Assembly (NCBI GenBank): GCA_030649025.1
Contig: JAUSGO010000022.1
Span: 9,023-73,022, forward strand
Source of the DNA: a bacterium
GTDB taxonomy: Bacteria > Patescibacteriota > Minisyncoccia > JAUYLV01
Direction of reading: 5' to 3'
Length of the DNA: 64,000 bases
Notes under the pieces: model-generated
What the model was told of the DNA's origin: nothing
The model's database searches: none
The model's input: only the letters and a program-made list of their open reading frames with translations
Shown here: piece after piece, positions 25,971 through 36,355 of the stretch
Numbering within the stretch: position 1 is the stretch's first letter
Layout of the letters: every line of letters begins with the position of its first letter
Made by a program: the position numbers and the translations under genes

Positions 25971-27929
25971 CTATTCAACGTAAAACACATAGATAGAGTG
26001 CCCGATGGTGGCAACAAGTTTATCGGGAGTAAGCCATAATCGGTAGTCCTCCTTCGGATTTTGTCGGCTTCCCTGGTAGAACGACGCGGAAACGGCTACC
26101 CACCCCTTTTTGGGTCCGTCGCTGCTCGAAAGCCACTTGCGTTTTTCTTTCAGGTAGTAATAGGGATCTGCCCAGCCGAAATAGTCGAACCAAATTTCTT
26201 TAATGTCTCGTTCCTCGACGAACTGTGCGAGACGCTTTAAATCTTGACCCCAGTCAAGATTGGAGTCCGTAACATATTCGGCTCCGCCATCAGGTCCGCC
26301 GGCCATCTCATTGAAGTAGGCAAGATAGAACGGATGGACTCGTAAGACCGAAAGCGCCTGCCAGAGCATGAGCGCTCCCAGAATCATGTGCAATCCCCAC
26401 CGTATTAGAACCATGCTGTTTTTTGGCACCGGCATTGTTGCTGGAATTGCCCCTATGGCAGGGTCGGTTTTCGGTGGGGATGCGATTTTTTTATAAAGCG
26501 TGATTATTTGCTGACTTACCACTATATAGATAAAAGGGAAGGCCGGAAGAATATGCCGTACGCCGATGTTGAGAATGGCCCGCACGCTCGTCCACCAGTA
26601 GAATGCCGCAACCAACAAAAAGGCGATCTCGGTAAAGTGCGCTCGTAACCACGCTCTTCCCTTCAGAAGGCCTCGCACGCCCGTGAGCGCGAAGATAAGC
26701 GCTATAATCGTGAGCAGATGGATTGTTAAAGGTTCTTTTAGCGCATAGACGACGGGGAAATACCAAGGTGATCCATATTTGGAAACCTCTCCAAGAAAAT
26801 AGGTAGTATTTCCGCCCGCAACGCGCTGGAACACCATGAGAAGCCCCAGGAAATATTCGGCGTAGGGCTTAAGAAGCAGTTTATCCGAACCCCATATGAC
26901 AAGATTTTTCGGAAAATCAAGGACATATGGAGCATATTGAGGGTAGATATCCTTTTCTTGCATGAGGGCGGCGAGTCCTCGCATGGCGCCAACTGAATAT
27001 GTGGTGAGTATCTGCGTGGTATCCGCTTTCTGGCGCTCGTTGGGGTAGTTGCGCGTGTGATGCCAATAAAGCGGGTATATGGCAATGTACGCCACGATGA
27101 CCACGGCAATAAACTTAAAAAGCATCGGCCAGAAATGCGCATGGCGTTCCGCTTCGTCCTCGAAGTGCTCTTCAGCATGTGTTTCTCCGCGTCCACTGAA
27201 TGGCAGGTGTGCATGCTGGGAGGGCGGTATGTGCGAGACATGCCGCTTTTTATAGGCGATAACCCAAAGCACCATCATAATGAAAAAAATGGGAAGGAGC
27301 ATGAACGTGTTGAATTTGACCAGGAACGCAAACCCCAGCGCAAGTCCCGCCCAAAGCACGTTTCCGTCGGTTGGGTTTTTCAAAAATCTCAGGAAGGCGA
27401 TAGTCGCTACAAAAAAACCGGCGCTGGCGCCAACGTCGGTGGTGACGAATCTTCCGTGCGCAAGGAACGTGGGGGAGAAGGCATAGAAGAACGTGGCCAG
27501 CAACGCAGTTTTTTCTCCGAATTCTTTTTTTGTCCACAAAAAGATGATAAGACCCAGAAACAGCGTGAAAAGCATCATCGGTATCTTAACTGCCTGGGTG
27601 ATGGCGTCGGCATCATTGCCCGACCCGAATATAAGAGCCCGTCCAAATTCCCACTGCCCGTTGATATCGCTTACCCAGCTTTTGTGGCCCCAGGGTTCTT
27701 TCAGGTTCATCCAGAGGAGCGGCAAGGCCCCAAGGTCCTTCATGAGCGGAGGATGTTCGGGGTTTAATCTAAAATCTCCTGTGCGCAAGTAGCTATAGCC
27801 TGCGCCAATGTGCGGATCCTCGTCGATAATGATGGCATCATCCTCGATGCTCAAAAACATCAAGCCACCCATGACCGCGAGCATGGCAAGGGCTATACCA
27901 TTGACGATTAACTTTTTTCTTGGTAGCAT
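25971..27929 (-). CDS. Membrane glycosyltransferase, GT39/GT83-like (PMT/ArnT family)
   Basis: A polytopic membrane protein with an N-terminal DEDPHIGAGYSYL...NPEHPPLMK motif, typical of dolichyl/undecaprenyl-phosphate-sugar dependent transferases. Confidence 0.6.
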   Translation of the reverse strand: MLPRKKLIVNGIALAMLAVMGGLMFLSIEDDAIIIDEDPHIGAGYSYLRTGDFRLNPEHPPLMKDLGALPLLWMNLKEPWGHKSWVSDINGQWEFGRALIFGSGNDADAITQAVKIPMMLFTLFLGLIIFLWTKKEFGEKTALLATFFYAFSPTFLAHGRFVTTDVGASAGFFVATIAFLRFLKNPTDGNVLWAGLALGFAFLVKFNTFMLLPIFFIMMVLWVIAYKKRHVSHIPPSQHAHLPFSGRGETHAEEHFEDEAERHAHFWPMLFKFIAVVIVAYIAIYPLYWHHTRNYPNERQKADTTQILTTYSVGAMRGLAALMQEKDIYPQYAPYVLDFPKNLVIWGSDKLLLKPYAEYFLGLLMVFQRVAGGNTTYFLGEVSKYGSPWYFPVVYALKEPLTIHLLTIIALIFALTGVRGLLKGRAWLRAHFTEIAFLLVAAFYWWTSVRAILNIGVRHILPAFPFIYIVVSQQIITLYKKIASPPKTDPAIGAIPATMPVPKNSMVLIRWGLHMILGALMLWQALSVLRVHPFYLAYFNEMAGGPDGGAEYVTDSNLDWGQDLKRLAQFVEERDIKEIWFDYFGWADPYYYLKEKRKWLSSSDGPKKGWVAVSASFYQGSRQNPKEDYRLWLTPDKLVATIGHSIYVFYVE

Positions 27930-27964
27930 ATGATTCTGATTAGATGAATCTCTAAGGAGGCTAC

Positions 27965-28363
27965 GTGGAAGAAAAACAAGTTCCTTTTCACCGTTTGGGA
28001 TTTTCCGTCGGTTCTTTGCATCTTGTGGCTGTTTACAACATGCATCCTGGGAAGCCGGAAGTTATATTACAAGTCCGAGATCCGCTTGTTACGACGGAGA
28101 TGTTCCGCCTCTCCGCCAATGAACTCCGGACGCTGGCGAATTTTATTTCCGCAGAATCCCGGAACAGCGAGATTGCGTTTGATGACGATCACTGCACGCT
28201 CTTTCTGGAGCGGCAGAATGAGGCGCTTCATTATGAAGTGCGCCGTCACGGCAATTACCATCTTCTTTATCGGCACGATCTGACCATGGCGGAAAGAGAA
28301 CTGTTCGGCATATTCGTAGCTACGATCACCCTGCGTCTTTCCGGAAAGGAACTGGCTTTCTGA
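27965..28363 (+). CDS. Hypothetical protein
   Basis: 132-aa ORF with coding-like composition and no recognised motif. Confidence 0.35.
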   Translation: MEEKQVPFHRLGFSVGSLHLVAVYNMHPGKPEVILQVRDPLVTTEMFRLSANELRTLANFISAESRNSEIAFDDDHCTLFLERQNEALHYEVRRHGNYHLLYRHDLTMAERELFGIFVATITLRLSGKELAF

Positions 28364-28417
28364 CCGGAAGCGCAACTGATATTCCGGCTCCGCAAACTTG
28401 CGGAGTTTTTATATTAC

Positions 28418-30094
28418 TCATTCCACGATTCCTACCTCAAAATACTGGAATTTCAGGACGGAAACTTCAGTGCCACGCTTCCGGAGGTTTTCAAAAAGTT
28501 TTTCGTCTTTCTTGAGCGGCGCGATAACACTCCCCACGGGGAATGTGTAATTTTCTATCTCTTTCGGCAAAAGGTAGGTGATAGGAGCTTGCTTCAGCGA
28601 AAGGTACATCACGGTCTGGGCGGGCATAGGGATGAGTTTTCTCTCCCCGTTTGGATTTATATGCGGCACAAGCGTGCCTCCTTCGTTCACTATAACATAC
28701 TTTGTAGCAGAAGGCGGAAGGGAATTCAAATAGCGCACAATCTCTACGTAGGGTTTTGCGAACGCATATGGAGTGTTGATGTGATGGGCCCAAACGCCAA
28801 AATAGCGATAAGGCTCTATAATCCCACTGACCATAACGATGACAATAACCATGACAGGAACCACCTTTTTATTTGAAAACTTTTCTAGCAAATAGTTTAC
28901 ACCGAGAGCCGTGAGCATGAACACTGGGGGAATGATGCCGATGGAACGCAATGCGTGCGGAATGCCCTCCCAGGTGAGGAGTTCCGGACCCAAAAGAAAG
29001 CCGAGCCATGCGATAAGCAGCCAAGAGGCGGTAGATGCCGGTATTTTTTGGCGAATATTTTTTATTAGAATCCAAAGACCAATAAGGAAAAAGATGCCGA
29101 CCGGAAAGAGCAATTGCGGAGAGCAAGCCATATTGTGCCGCCAGTTACAGTCACCGCGGATGTTGAACATGCCCAGCGTCTGCACAAGAACTTTTCCGAA
29201 TGTGCGGATGGGGGAATCAGTTGCAAAAATGGAAACACCGCCCGCCCTTCCAATAAAATCCTGCGGGTGAGCGAGGAAGTAAAGTCCAATGGGGAGCGCT
29301 GTAAGAAACGCGGCTATTAGCCACCATGCGGTACGGGTAAGGAACGAACGGAGGCCGATGCGCGCTGTGCGTATGCGCAAGTATTCTATAGCGAACAACA
29401 CCAGTGCCACAAAGGGAGCAAAGCGGAACGCTATATAGGTATGAAAGCCGAGGCCGAAGAGTGCTCCGCCAATGACGGCAAATATGGCAGAGCGCCATGC
29501 ATGCGCTCTGCGCCAGGCCAGGAGCAGAAAATAAAAACTCCACACCATGAGCATGGGCACCATGATGGCGCGGAAGGCAATGCGGGAGAAATTGAGATGC
29601 CAAAAAGATGTCGCAAGAAAAAAGGCGGCAAGCAGCGCGATGCGGTCAGGATGCTCTTTTTCCCGGAAGAGTTCCCGGGTAAGTAAAAATAGGCCAAGAA
29701 CGGTCAGTGTTCCAAATAACGCCGGCCAAAACCTCAAAGAAAACTGGTTTGTGCCGAATGAACGCACCGCAAGGCCGATGAGGTTTATCCAAAGTCCTTC
29801 ACGGCCGTTATTCGTTTCGTAGAACAATTTGAAATTCCCGGTTTCAACGGCCTCAAGTCCCTCAATACCCTTAATGGCCTCATCCGGGTATATGCCTGGC
29901 GGGATGCGGTCGAGCGCGGCAAATCGCAATATGGCCGCAAATACAACGATGGCAAGTAGTGTAATTTTTACGTTTTTTTGCACATACATAGTATAGTATT
30001 TCCCTCCACAACATGCATGGGATAAAGCGCAAAAGTATGCTATAATAAGATAATATGGTTGAATTCGATCCGCCATTCGATAAAGAAGGCTCAA
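28418..30094 (-). CDS. Membrane glycosyltransferase, GT39/GT83-like (PMT/ArnT family). It is a paralog of 25971..27929; the start may be the internal Met at ~29989
   Basis: A polytopic membrane protein: IPPGIYPDEAIKGIEG...NNGREGLWINLIGLAV..., with an ArnT/PMT-like N-terminal loop. The longest ORF overlaps the downstream + gene by 40 nt, which favours the later start. Confidence 0.55.
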   Translation of the reverse strand: MSLLYRMADRIQPYYLIIAYFCALSHACCGGKYYTMYVQKNVKITLLAIVVFAAILRFAALDRIPPGIYPDEAIKGIEGLEAVETGNFKLFYETNNGREGLWINLIGLAVRSFGTNQFSLRFWPALFGTLTVLGLFLLTRELFREKEHPDRIALLAAFFLATSFWHLNFSRIAFRAIMVPMLMVWSFYFLLLAWRRAHAWRSAIFAVIGGALFGLGFHTYIAFRFAPFVALVLFAIEYLRIRTARIGLRSFLTRTAWWLIAAFLTALPIGLYFLAHPQDFIGRAGGVSIFATDSPIRTFGKVLVQTLGMFNIRGDCNWRHNMACSPQLLFPVGIFFLIGLWILIKNIRQKIPASTASWLLIAWLGFLLGPELLTWEGIPHALRSIGIIPPVFMLTALGVNYLLEKFSNKKVVPVMVIVIVMVSGIIEPYRYFGVWAHHINTPYAFAKPYVEIVRYLNSLPPSATKYVIVNEGGTLVPHINPNGERKLIPMPAQTVMYLSLKQAPITYLLPKEIENYTFPVGSVIAPLKKDEKLFENLRKRGTEVSVLKFQYFEVGIVE

Positions 30095-30984
30095 ATAGGG
30101 AAGCGCCTCGGGAGTACAACGACATTATACCGTCACAGAAAACACCAGAAACCTCGGCAAGCGACGCCGAGGCGTATGCCACATGGCGAGCACGCATCGA
30201 AAATTCCTTTGCACTGGCAGACGCCAGTTTGGATTATGCAGAAAGCCTTCTTCGCGAACATAACCCGGAGGGGTATAGGATTACGCGTGAAGCGGCAGAA
30301 AATAGTCTTGGCGAGCTTAGTGATGAACTGAAAAGGCAGGGACTGACCACAGATCCCGGAGCTAAAGAACTTATAGCTTGGTGGATGGAACGAGAAGGCC
30401 AACGGGCGGAGCGCATTGAAGAGATGGATGAACGCGCGAAAAGAGAATCGCGGGAGTTATCTGACAAGGAGCAAGGTATAGCCGACTCCACAGAAAACGT
30501 TCCGGCAGAGGAAGCTTCATTTGAAAACGAAGAAGGTGGACAATCGCGAAGCATCGCCTCGGAAGCACGGCCGGCAAGTGCCAATCAGGAAGGCGTTACG
30601 GCAGAAGTAGAAAAAGCCGCAGAAGAAGTCGGAAAAATTATAGTGAGCGGCAAAGAATTAACACCGGGACAGGTTACCAAAGTTGAACAGACAGTGGAAG
30701 TATTGGAAGCATCGAGTCCTGAAGTGAAAAGATTGGCGGAAGCAGCAAAGAAAGAAATAAAGGCAGTGCAAAAGGATCCGTCGCGGTGGGAACGGATGAG
30801 AAACTGGCTAAAGTCGAAAGATGAGACCTTCAAAAAAGATGTAAAAGCAGAAGGTGGAATTGGCGCGGTTGTAAAGAAAGGTAAACTTGGAAAACTGTTT
30901 GAGTACGGTTTCATGGTCCTTCTTTTTGCAATATCGAACCTGCTGTCTAAGAGGATTGAAAAGATCGATAAAAAACGGCATTAA
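30055..30984 (+). CDS. Hypothetical acidic coiled-coil protein with a C-terminal TM anchor
   Basis: 309 aa, E/K-rich, with a C-terminal hydrophobic segment (LFEYGFMVLLFAISNLL). Confidence 0.4.
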   Translation: MVEFDPPFDKEGSNREAPREYNDIIPSQKTPETSASDAEAYATWRARIENSFALADASLDYAESLLREHNPEGYRITREAAENSLGELSDELKRQGLTTDPGAKELIAWWMEREGQRAERIEEMDERAKRESRELSDKEQGIADSTENVPAEEASFENEEGGQSRSIASEARPASANQEGVTAEVEKAAEEVGKIIVSGKELTPGQVTKVEQTVEVLEASSPEVKRLAEAAKKEIKAVQKDPSRWERMRNWLKSKDETFKKDVKAEGGIGAVVKKGKLGKLFEYGFMVLLFAISNLLSKRIEKIDKKRH

Positions 30985-30996
30985 AGCAGAACATCT

Positions 30997-32022
30997 GTGT
31001 CGCACGAACATTCTCATCATGCGGGTGAAGGAAGCGGCAATGTGAACCCCGTTAGAAGTAGGATGCGGACTCGCCTCACCAGAGATCCGGTTCCGGAGGA
31101 TCCTATATCTGCCGAAGATAAAGCTCTCTCTGACGGGGCAAGAGCGTCCGTGACTTCTAACGGGGTGAAGATAGCGGCGATTCTTAATATCGCTTTTACG
31201 GTCGTCGAATTTATCGGAGGAGCTTTGACAAACAGTCTTGCGGTAATGGCCGATGCGCTCCACGACCTTGGCGACAGCATGGTACTGCTCTCATCCTGGA
31301 AGATTGAAAGCCTCTCGCAGCGTTCGCCGGATTGGAAACGTACGTTCGGATACCGGCGGATGTCGCTTCTTGCGGCATTTTTAAACGCTGTAGTGCTTCT
31401 GGGGGGTTCGGTAATCATTTTCTTTCAAGTCATCGGACGCCTTGTAAACCCTCAGCCGGTGCATGCGGTTGGTATTATATGGCTTGCCGTTCTGGGTATC
31501 GTTGTAAACACTGCAGGAAGTCTAAAATTGAAAAAAGGCGGGAGCCTGAATGAGCGGATGATATCGTGGCATCTCCTTGAAGATGTTTTGGGGTGGGTGG
31601 GCATTCTGCTTGCGGGAATTATTATGCACTTTACTGGATTTTACAGAATTGACCCCGTCATCACCATAGGATTTACCGTATTTGTGCTTTGGGGCGTATG
31701 GCGGAATTCCAAAGAGCTTCTGAATGTATTTCTTGAAGGAGTGCCCTCGAATGTTTCGCTTAAAGAGCTTCTTCGGGAATTAGGAACGATTACGGACGTG
31801 CGGGAAATTTGTGATATTCATGTATGGTCGCTGGATGGCAAACAACATCTCTGCGCGCTCAAAGTAATTGTTAAGCCCGGCGCCATGAAGGATTGCGCGG
31901 TGTTGCAGGGGGCCATTCGGAAGAAATTAGAAAACTATCACATCGTGCACTCTACCATTGAATTGCAGGAAGAACAGTTCCACGTTCACACGCAGCACGA
32001 CCAGGCTTTTTTAACGAATTAA
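30997..32022 (+). CDS. Cation diffusion facilitator (CDF) family transporter
   Basis: A His-rich N-terminus (HEHSHHAG), six TM helices with HDLGD and DPV motifs, and a C-terminal cytoplasmic domain. Confidence 0.75.
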   Translation: MSHEHSHHAGEGSGNVNPVRSRMRTRLTRDPVPEDPISAEDKALSDGARASVTSNGVKIAAILNIAFTVVEFIGGALTNSLAVMADALHDLGDSMVLLSSWKIESLSQRSPDWKRTFGYRRMSLLAAFLNAVVLLGGSVIIFFQVIGRLVNPQPVHAVGIIWLAVLGIVVNTAGSLKLKKGGSLNERMISWHLLEDVLGWVGILLAGIIMHFTGFYRIDPVITIGFTVFVLWGVWRNSKELLNVFLEGVPSNVSLKELLRELGTITDVREICDIHVWSLDGKQHLCALKVIVKPGAMKDCAVLQGAIRKKLENYHIVHSTIELQEEQFHVHTQHDQAFLTN

Positions 32023-32031
32023 TAATCCAGT

Positions 32032-32493
32032 ATGGATGCAGTAAACGGGAAACCACAAGAACAACAGCCCTTCGCCGACGAAGAGGAAATCAAAATATTG
32101 GAAAAGCGACTTCAGCTTTTACGAGAAGGATTACGTCCGCCCGGTTCCGCAGAGAGCGTAAAGGAGGCCAAAGAGGCCGGAGAAATTCTTGAAGGATCTT
32201 CGCAGGGAAAGGGTCCCGGGGGAGTGCCTCCGCCACCAACCGCAATACCCGCACCATCTTCTATGGATGTGCATTTTCATGATGTGAAAGCGGAAGAATT
32301 GAAGGGATACGAGACCGATAGGCAACTCAAAGCACTTGTTGAAGTAGCTCTTGAGCGGAGCCTAGGGGATGCTGTTGACATTGCCAGGCGCCTGGACGAT
32401 GCATATTTGCTTGATGCGTTCCACGATGTGCTTTGTGACGATACGGAACTGAATAGGCAACTCGTCGAACGAGGGAAATTAAAGGAATTATGA
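32032..32493 (+). CDS. Hypothetical acidic protein
   Basis: 153 aa. Its stop overlaps the start of the downstream ATPase by 4 nt. Confidence 0.35.
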   Translation: MDAVNGKPQEQQPFADEEEIKILEKRLQLLREGLRPPGSAESVKEAKEAGEILEGSSQGKGPGGVPPPPTAIPAPSSMDVHFHDVKAEELKGYETDRQLKALVEVALERSLGDAVDIARRLDDAYLLDAFHDVLCDDTELNRQLVERGKLKEL

Positions 32494-34994
32494 CCGCATT
32501 TTTTCTTACCATCTTTATCGTTATCATCGTGCTCGTTATCATCGGGCTTATACTTTTTATGTTGCTGGAGATGAAGCGCGAGAAAGCACGTCTCATAAAA
32601 TCTCTCAACATGGCGCTGTTCCTGGTGCGTCTGCCCAAGGAAGATATTTCGGGAGAAGAGCGCAAACAGGACAAGGAACGTATCGCGGTGATGGAACAGC
32701 TTATCTCGTCATTTGCGACGATGCATGAGGGTGGATGGAAGGGCGTCGTATCCGGACAGCCTGCCGTAGTGCTCGAGATGGCCGTGCATCACATTGGGGA
32801 AGAGATACATTTTTATATCGCAGGACCCGTGCGTTCGGCCGAGCTTATTCAGAGGACCGTACATGGGTTTTACTCTGCCGCTTCGGTGGAACGGGTACAG
32901 GATTATAATATTTTCAATCCGCACGGCACGCACGCGGGTTCCGTTCTTACGCTTGCAAAGAGATATTTTCTGCCTCTGCGTTCCTATGTCACGCTGGAAA
33001 GCGATCCGCTGAACAATATCTCCAACGCTCTTTCGAAACTGGAACGGGAAGGCGAGGGGGCCGCGATACAAGTGGTCATGCAGCATGCGGGTAATAGCTG
33101 GAACAAGAAGGCTTTTGCGGTCGCGCGTCTCATGCAGCGGGGCAAGTCGTATGAAGCTGCCGTGTCCGAAGCGGCCGGAGGATTTTTAGGATTTTTGAAG
33201 GAACTATCCGGTGGCGTAGGCGGGGAAGATAAAAAGAAGAAAGAGGCCGACGAGAAAGCAAAAACCTCGCTTACGCCTCTGGCTCAGGAGACCATTAAGG
33301 GTATAGAAGGGAAAGCGAGCAAGGCGGGATTTTCGGTCAATGTTCGGCTTATCGCTTCCGCTCCGGACGCACTTCGGGCAGAACGCATTCTTGAACAACT
33401 TGAGAATGCATTTGCGCAATTCTCTCATCCGGCATGGAACGGTTTTAAGCCCAGACGCGTCAAAGGCCGTGCGCTTAGAAATCTTCTTTATAACTTTTCT
33501 TTCCGTGTGTTTTCCGAAGATGAGGCGATGTTGCTCAATACCGAAGAGATCTCGAGTCTCTATCACTTTCCTATCTCAACGCTGCAGACTCCCCGAATCG
33601 GGTGGCTTAAGGCAAAGACCGCTCCTCCGCCAGAAAATCTTCCCGAGGCGGAGGAGGGAGACGGCGTTACCATCGGCGATAGTCTTTTTCGCGGCCAGGC
33701 GCGCGCGGTGCGCATGCTGCGAGAAGACCGGCGGAGGCATCTCTACGTTGTGGGACAGACCGGCACCGGAAAATCAACGCTACTTTCCGAGATGATACGG
33801 CAGGACATTGAAAAAGGGGAGGGCGTGGGCATTATTGACCCGCACGGAGATCTTGCGGAGCTTGCGCTTAGCCTTGTGCCTCGTGAGCGCATAAAGGACG
33901 TGGTGTACTTCAACCCGGGAGATATGGAGCGGCCCGTCGGGCTTAATATGCTGGAAGCTAAAGGAGAAGACCAGCGGGATTTTGCGGTTCAGGAAATGAT
34001 AGCGATATTCATGAAGCTTTTTCCACCCGAGGTTGTGGGTCCCATGTTCGAGCACAACATGCGCAATGCCATGCTCACGCTCATGGCCGACCCGGAAAAT
34101 CCCGGCACTATCGTGGAAATTCCGCGCATATTTACGGACGAGGCTTATGTGCGTTCGCTTCTGCCAAAAGTTCAGGACCCTGTTGTTCGGGCATTCTGGG
34201 AAAAAGAGATGGCCAAGACCAGCGAATTCCATAAATCCGAGATGCTCGGGTATTTGGTCTCGAAGGTCGGTAGGTTTGTGGAGAATGAAATGATGCGCAA
34301 TATCATTGGGCAACCCCGAAGCGGCTTCAATATCCGTGATATTATGGATAATCGCAAGATACTCATTGCGAATCTCTCCAAGGGCAAAATGGGGGAAGTG
34401 AATTCCTCGCTTTTAGGCATGATACTTGTTTCCAAACTTCAGATGGCCGCTATGGCCAGGGGCGATATAACCCAGGAAGGCCGCGCCGACTTCTATTTGT
34501 ATATTGACGAATTTCAGAATTTTACGACCGATTCCATTGCAACTATTCTTTCCGAAGCGCGGAAATATCGCCTCAATCTTATTATGGCTCACCAGTTCAT
34601 CGCGCAACTTCCGGAGAATATTAAGAACGCGGCTTTTGGCAATGTCGGGTCGCTGTGTGCGCTGCGCGTCGGCGCGGATGATGGTGAGTATCTGGCCAAA
34701 CAATTTGAGCCGGCTTTTTCGCAGCAGGACCTTTTGAATCTTGACAACTTCAATGCGGTGGTAAAGCTCATGATACGCGGACAGACCTCCCGCCCCTTCA
34801 ACACGCTTGTACATAAACCATGGGAGCGGGGTGTGAAGCCGGATCTACAAGCCGCCCAGGCACTCAAAGAATTCTCGCGTCTCACGTACGGCAGAGCGCG
34901 AGAGGTGGTGCAAAAAGAGATCCTGGAGCGTTCCCAGCTTGCCCGCCCTGTTGCTGCGCCATCGGCGATGACTCCCGGGGAAAGTAATAAATAA
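32490..34994 (+). CDS. VirD4/TraG/TraD-like type IV coupling-protein-family ATPase (membrane-anchored), an orphan
   Basis: An N-terminal TM, Walker A (HLYVVGQTGTGKST), Walker B (FYLYIDEFQNF) and IMAHQFIAQLPENIKNAAFGNVGSLCALRVGADD, typical of T4SS-DNA_transf / TraG-D_C coupling ATPases. No other T4SS genes are nearby. Confidence 0.5.
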   Translation: MTAFFLTIFIVIIVLVIIGLILFMLLEMKREKARLIKSLNMALFLVRLPKEDISGEERKQDKERIAVMEQLISSFATMHEGGWKGVVSGQPAVVLEMAVHHIGEEIHFYIAGPVRSAELIQRTVHGFYSAASVERVQDYNIFNPHGTHAGSVLTLAKRYFLPLRSYVTLESDPLNNISNALSKLEREGEGAAIQVVMQHAGNSWNKKAFAVARLMQRGKSYEAAVSEAAGGFLGFLKELSGGVGGEDKKKKEADEKAKTSLTPLAQETIKGIEGKASKAGFSVNVRLIASAPDALRAERILEQLENAFAQFSHPAWNGFKPRRVKGRALRNLLYNFSFRVFSEDEAMLLNTEEISSLYHFPISTLQTPRIGWLKAKTAPPPENLPEAEEGDGVTIGDSLFRGQARAVRMLREDRRRHLYVVGQTGTGKSTLLSEMIRQDIEKGEGVGIIDPHGDLAELALSLVPRERIKDVVYFNPGDMERPVGLNMLEAKGEDQRDFAVQEMIAIFMKLFPPEVVGPMFEHNMRNAMLTLMADPENPGTIVEIPRIFTDEAYVRSLLPKVQDPVVRAFWEKEMAKTSEFHKSEMLGYLVSKVGRFVENEMMRNIIGQPRSGFNIRDIMDNRKILIANLSKGKMGEVNSSLLGMILVSKLQMAAMARGDITQEGRADFYLYIDEFQNFTTDSIATILSEARKYRLNLIMAHQFIAQLPENIKNAAFGNVGSLCALRVGADDGEYLAKQFEPAFSQQDLLNLDNFNAVVKLMIRGQTSRPFNTLVHKPWERGVKPDLQAAQALKEFSRLTYGRAREVVQKEILERSQLARPVAAPSAMTPGESNK

Positions 34995-35026
34995 AACTCC
35001 TTTTTATTAATTAAGAGAACGTTTTT

Positions 35027-35704
35027 ATGGAAAATGCTTCATCGATTCCGGTGACGCCCGTAGGCGCGGGGCAGCCTGTTGCATCCCGGGGGCTTAAGCT
35101 TTCGGACACCATTGCAATTCTTGTTATAGGAGAATTATTCGCCTGGCTTCTTATGGTGGTGCGCAAGGGCGCGGAACTTGCTGTGCCGCAGGCCATCATG
35201 TATTCCCTGCCCATCGTGATGCCGCTTGTGGCACTTGGGTGTTTGTGGGTTATGGCAATCCTGGGGCGAAGACGGCCGACGCTCTTCCAGCTCGGCAAAT
35301 ATGCGGCAATCGGTTTTTTTAACACGGCGCTTGATTTTGCGATTTTTAATTCCTTGGTGCTCTTAACGAATATCGAACCAAGGGGCGCACGTGCGGGGCT
35401 TCTTACCACGATTTCATTTACGATAGCGGTCATAAACTCATATCTCTGGAATAAATACTGGACATTCCGCTCAAAAGGTCCTGCGCGGGTTGGTGAGTTC
35501 GCGCAATTCGTGGTTGTGGCGCTTGTCGGGCTTGTTCTGGTGAGCGGATTTCTCACGGTAATGACTAAGTTTATCGAACCGCCCTACGGGCTCAACATCC
35601 GCCAGTGGGCTAATGCCGTGAAAGTAATGTCTATTTTCATCAGCCTTGCCTGGAACTTTTCCGGATACAAATTCATAGTGTTCCGCACGAAGAAAGTGGT
35701 TTGA
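35027..35704 (+). CDS. GtrA-family membrane protein (polysaccharide synthesis / flippase-associated)
   Basis: FNTALDFAIFNSLVLL and YLWNKYWTFR GtrA signature, 4 TM helices. Confidence 0.7.
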   Translation: MENASSIPVTPVGAGQPVASRGLKLSDTIAILVIGELFAWLLMVVRKGAELAVPQAIMYSLPIVMPLVALGCLWVMAILGRRRPTLFQLGKYAAIGFFNTALDFAIFNSLVLLTNIEPRGARAGLLTTISFTIAVINSYLWNKYWTFRSKGPARVGEFAQFVVVALVGLVLVSGFLTVMTKFIEPPYGLNIRQWANAVKVMSIFISLAWNFSGYKFIVFRTKKVV

Positions 35705-35749
35705 AGATTGTCAAAACCGCCCATCGGTAAGCCGAGGAGCGGTTTTGGT

Positions 35750-35794
35750 ATTAAAAAATATGGGCTACACCGTTCGTCTGGTGTAGCCCTTTGG
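35750..35794. terminator. Bidirectional terminator (10-bp perfect stem)
   Basis: ttaaaaaatat-GGGCTACACC-gttcgtct-GGTGTAGCCC-tttgg. Confidence 0.55.
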
Positions 35795-35801
35795 CCCACA
35801 G

Positions 35802-36209
35802 TCAACTGGTCTCGGTCGTTTGCGCCACTCGAAGAAAAACCATCCGATTGTGCGCCTCGGCGAGGCCGATGCGAAATTTTTGAATGTACACTCCTGCGGT
35901 GAGGGAGTCCCCAAAGATTTTCTCCGCCAAGGATTTCTCAAGCGCTCCAACCTCGGCCTTCAAAGCCGTGATGGCAGACTCGATCTTCCCGACATCTGCG
36001 GCCTCGCTTGCTGCGACCAGAGATTCGAATAACCTCTGTCCGGCAAGCAAACACTCCTTTTCGGATGGCGAGTATGACTCCTTGTGGCGCCACACCATTC
36101 GCCCCTTCCCCCCACATATCAGTCTCACAGGGATCATTGGCGTGCCACAGCGGCAAATGGACTCACCGGAGCTGACAGAATCGATGATTCTTCCTACCTT
36201 TCTTCCCAT
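35802..36209 (-). CDS. Hypothetical protein (the ATG start with GAAAGGAG RBS is preferred over the longer TTG-start ORF)
   Basis: ORF MGRKVGRIIDS..., with a minus-strand promoter TTGACA-17-TATACT at 36255..36283. Confidence 0.4.
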   Translation of the reverse strand: MGRKVGRIIDSVSSGESICRCGTPMIPVRLICGGKGRMVWRHKESYSPSEKECLLAGQRLFESLVAASEAADVGKIESAITALKAEVGALEKSLAEKIFGDSLTAGVYIQKFRIGLAEAHNRMVFLRVAQTTETS

Positions 36210-36355
36210 GTCCGATCTCCTTTCAGGGCAAAATGAGAGCAATTCTTATTTACTAGTATAATCTACTTTATAATAATTGTCAAGGTCTGGCGCTTTTCTA
36301 AGGAGAAGTGACAAATCCATGTTATCTGCGCACACAATGAGGTACAATACGAGCT

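Noticed and set aside
36243-36355. TTGTCAAGGT motif recurring at 10120, 23510, 36280 and 60645 as a possible shared plus-strand regulatory word
   Set aside because: On inspection these are the reverse complements of -35 hexamers (TTGACA/TTGATA) of minus-strand promoters. The shared word reflects promoter consensus plus context and is not a distinct motif.
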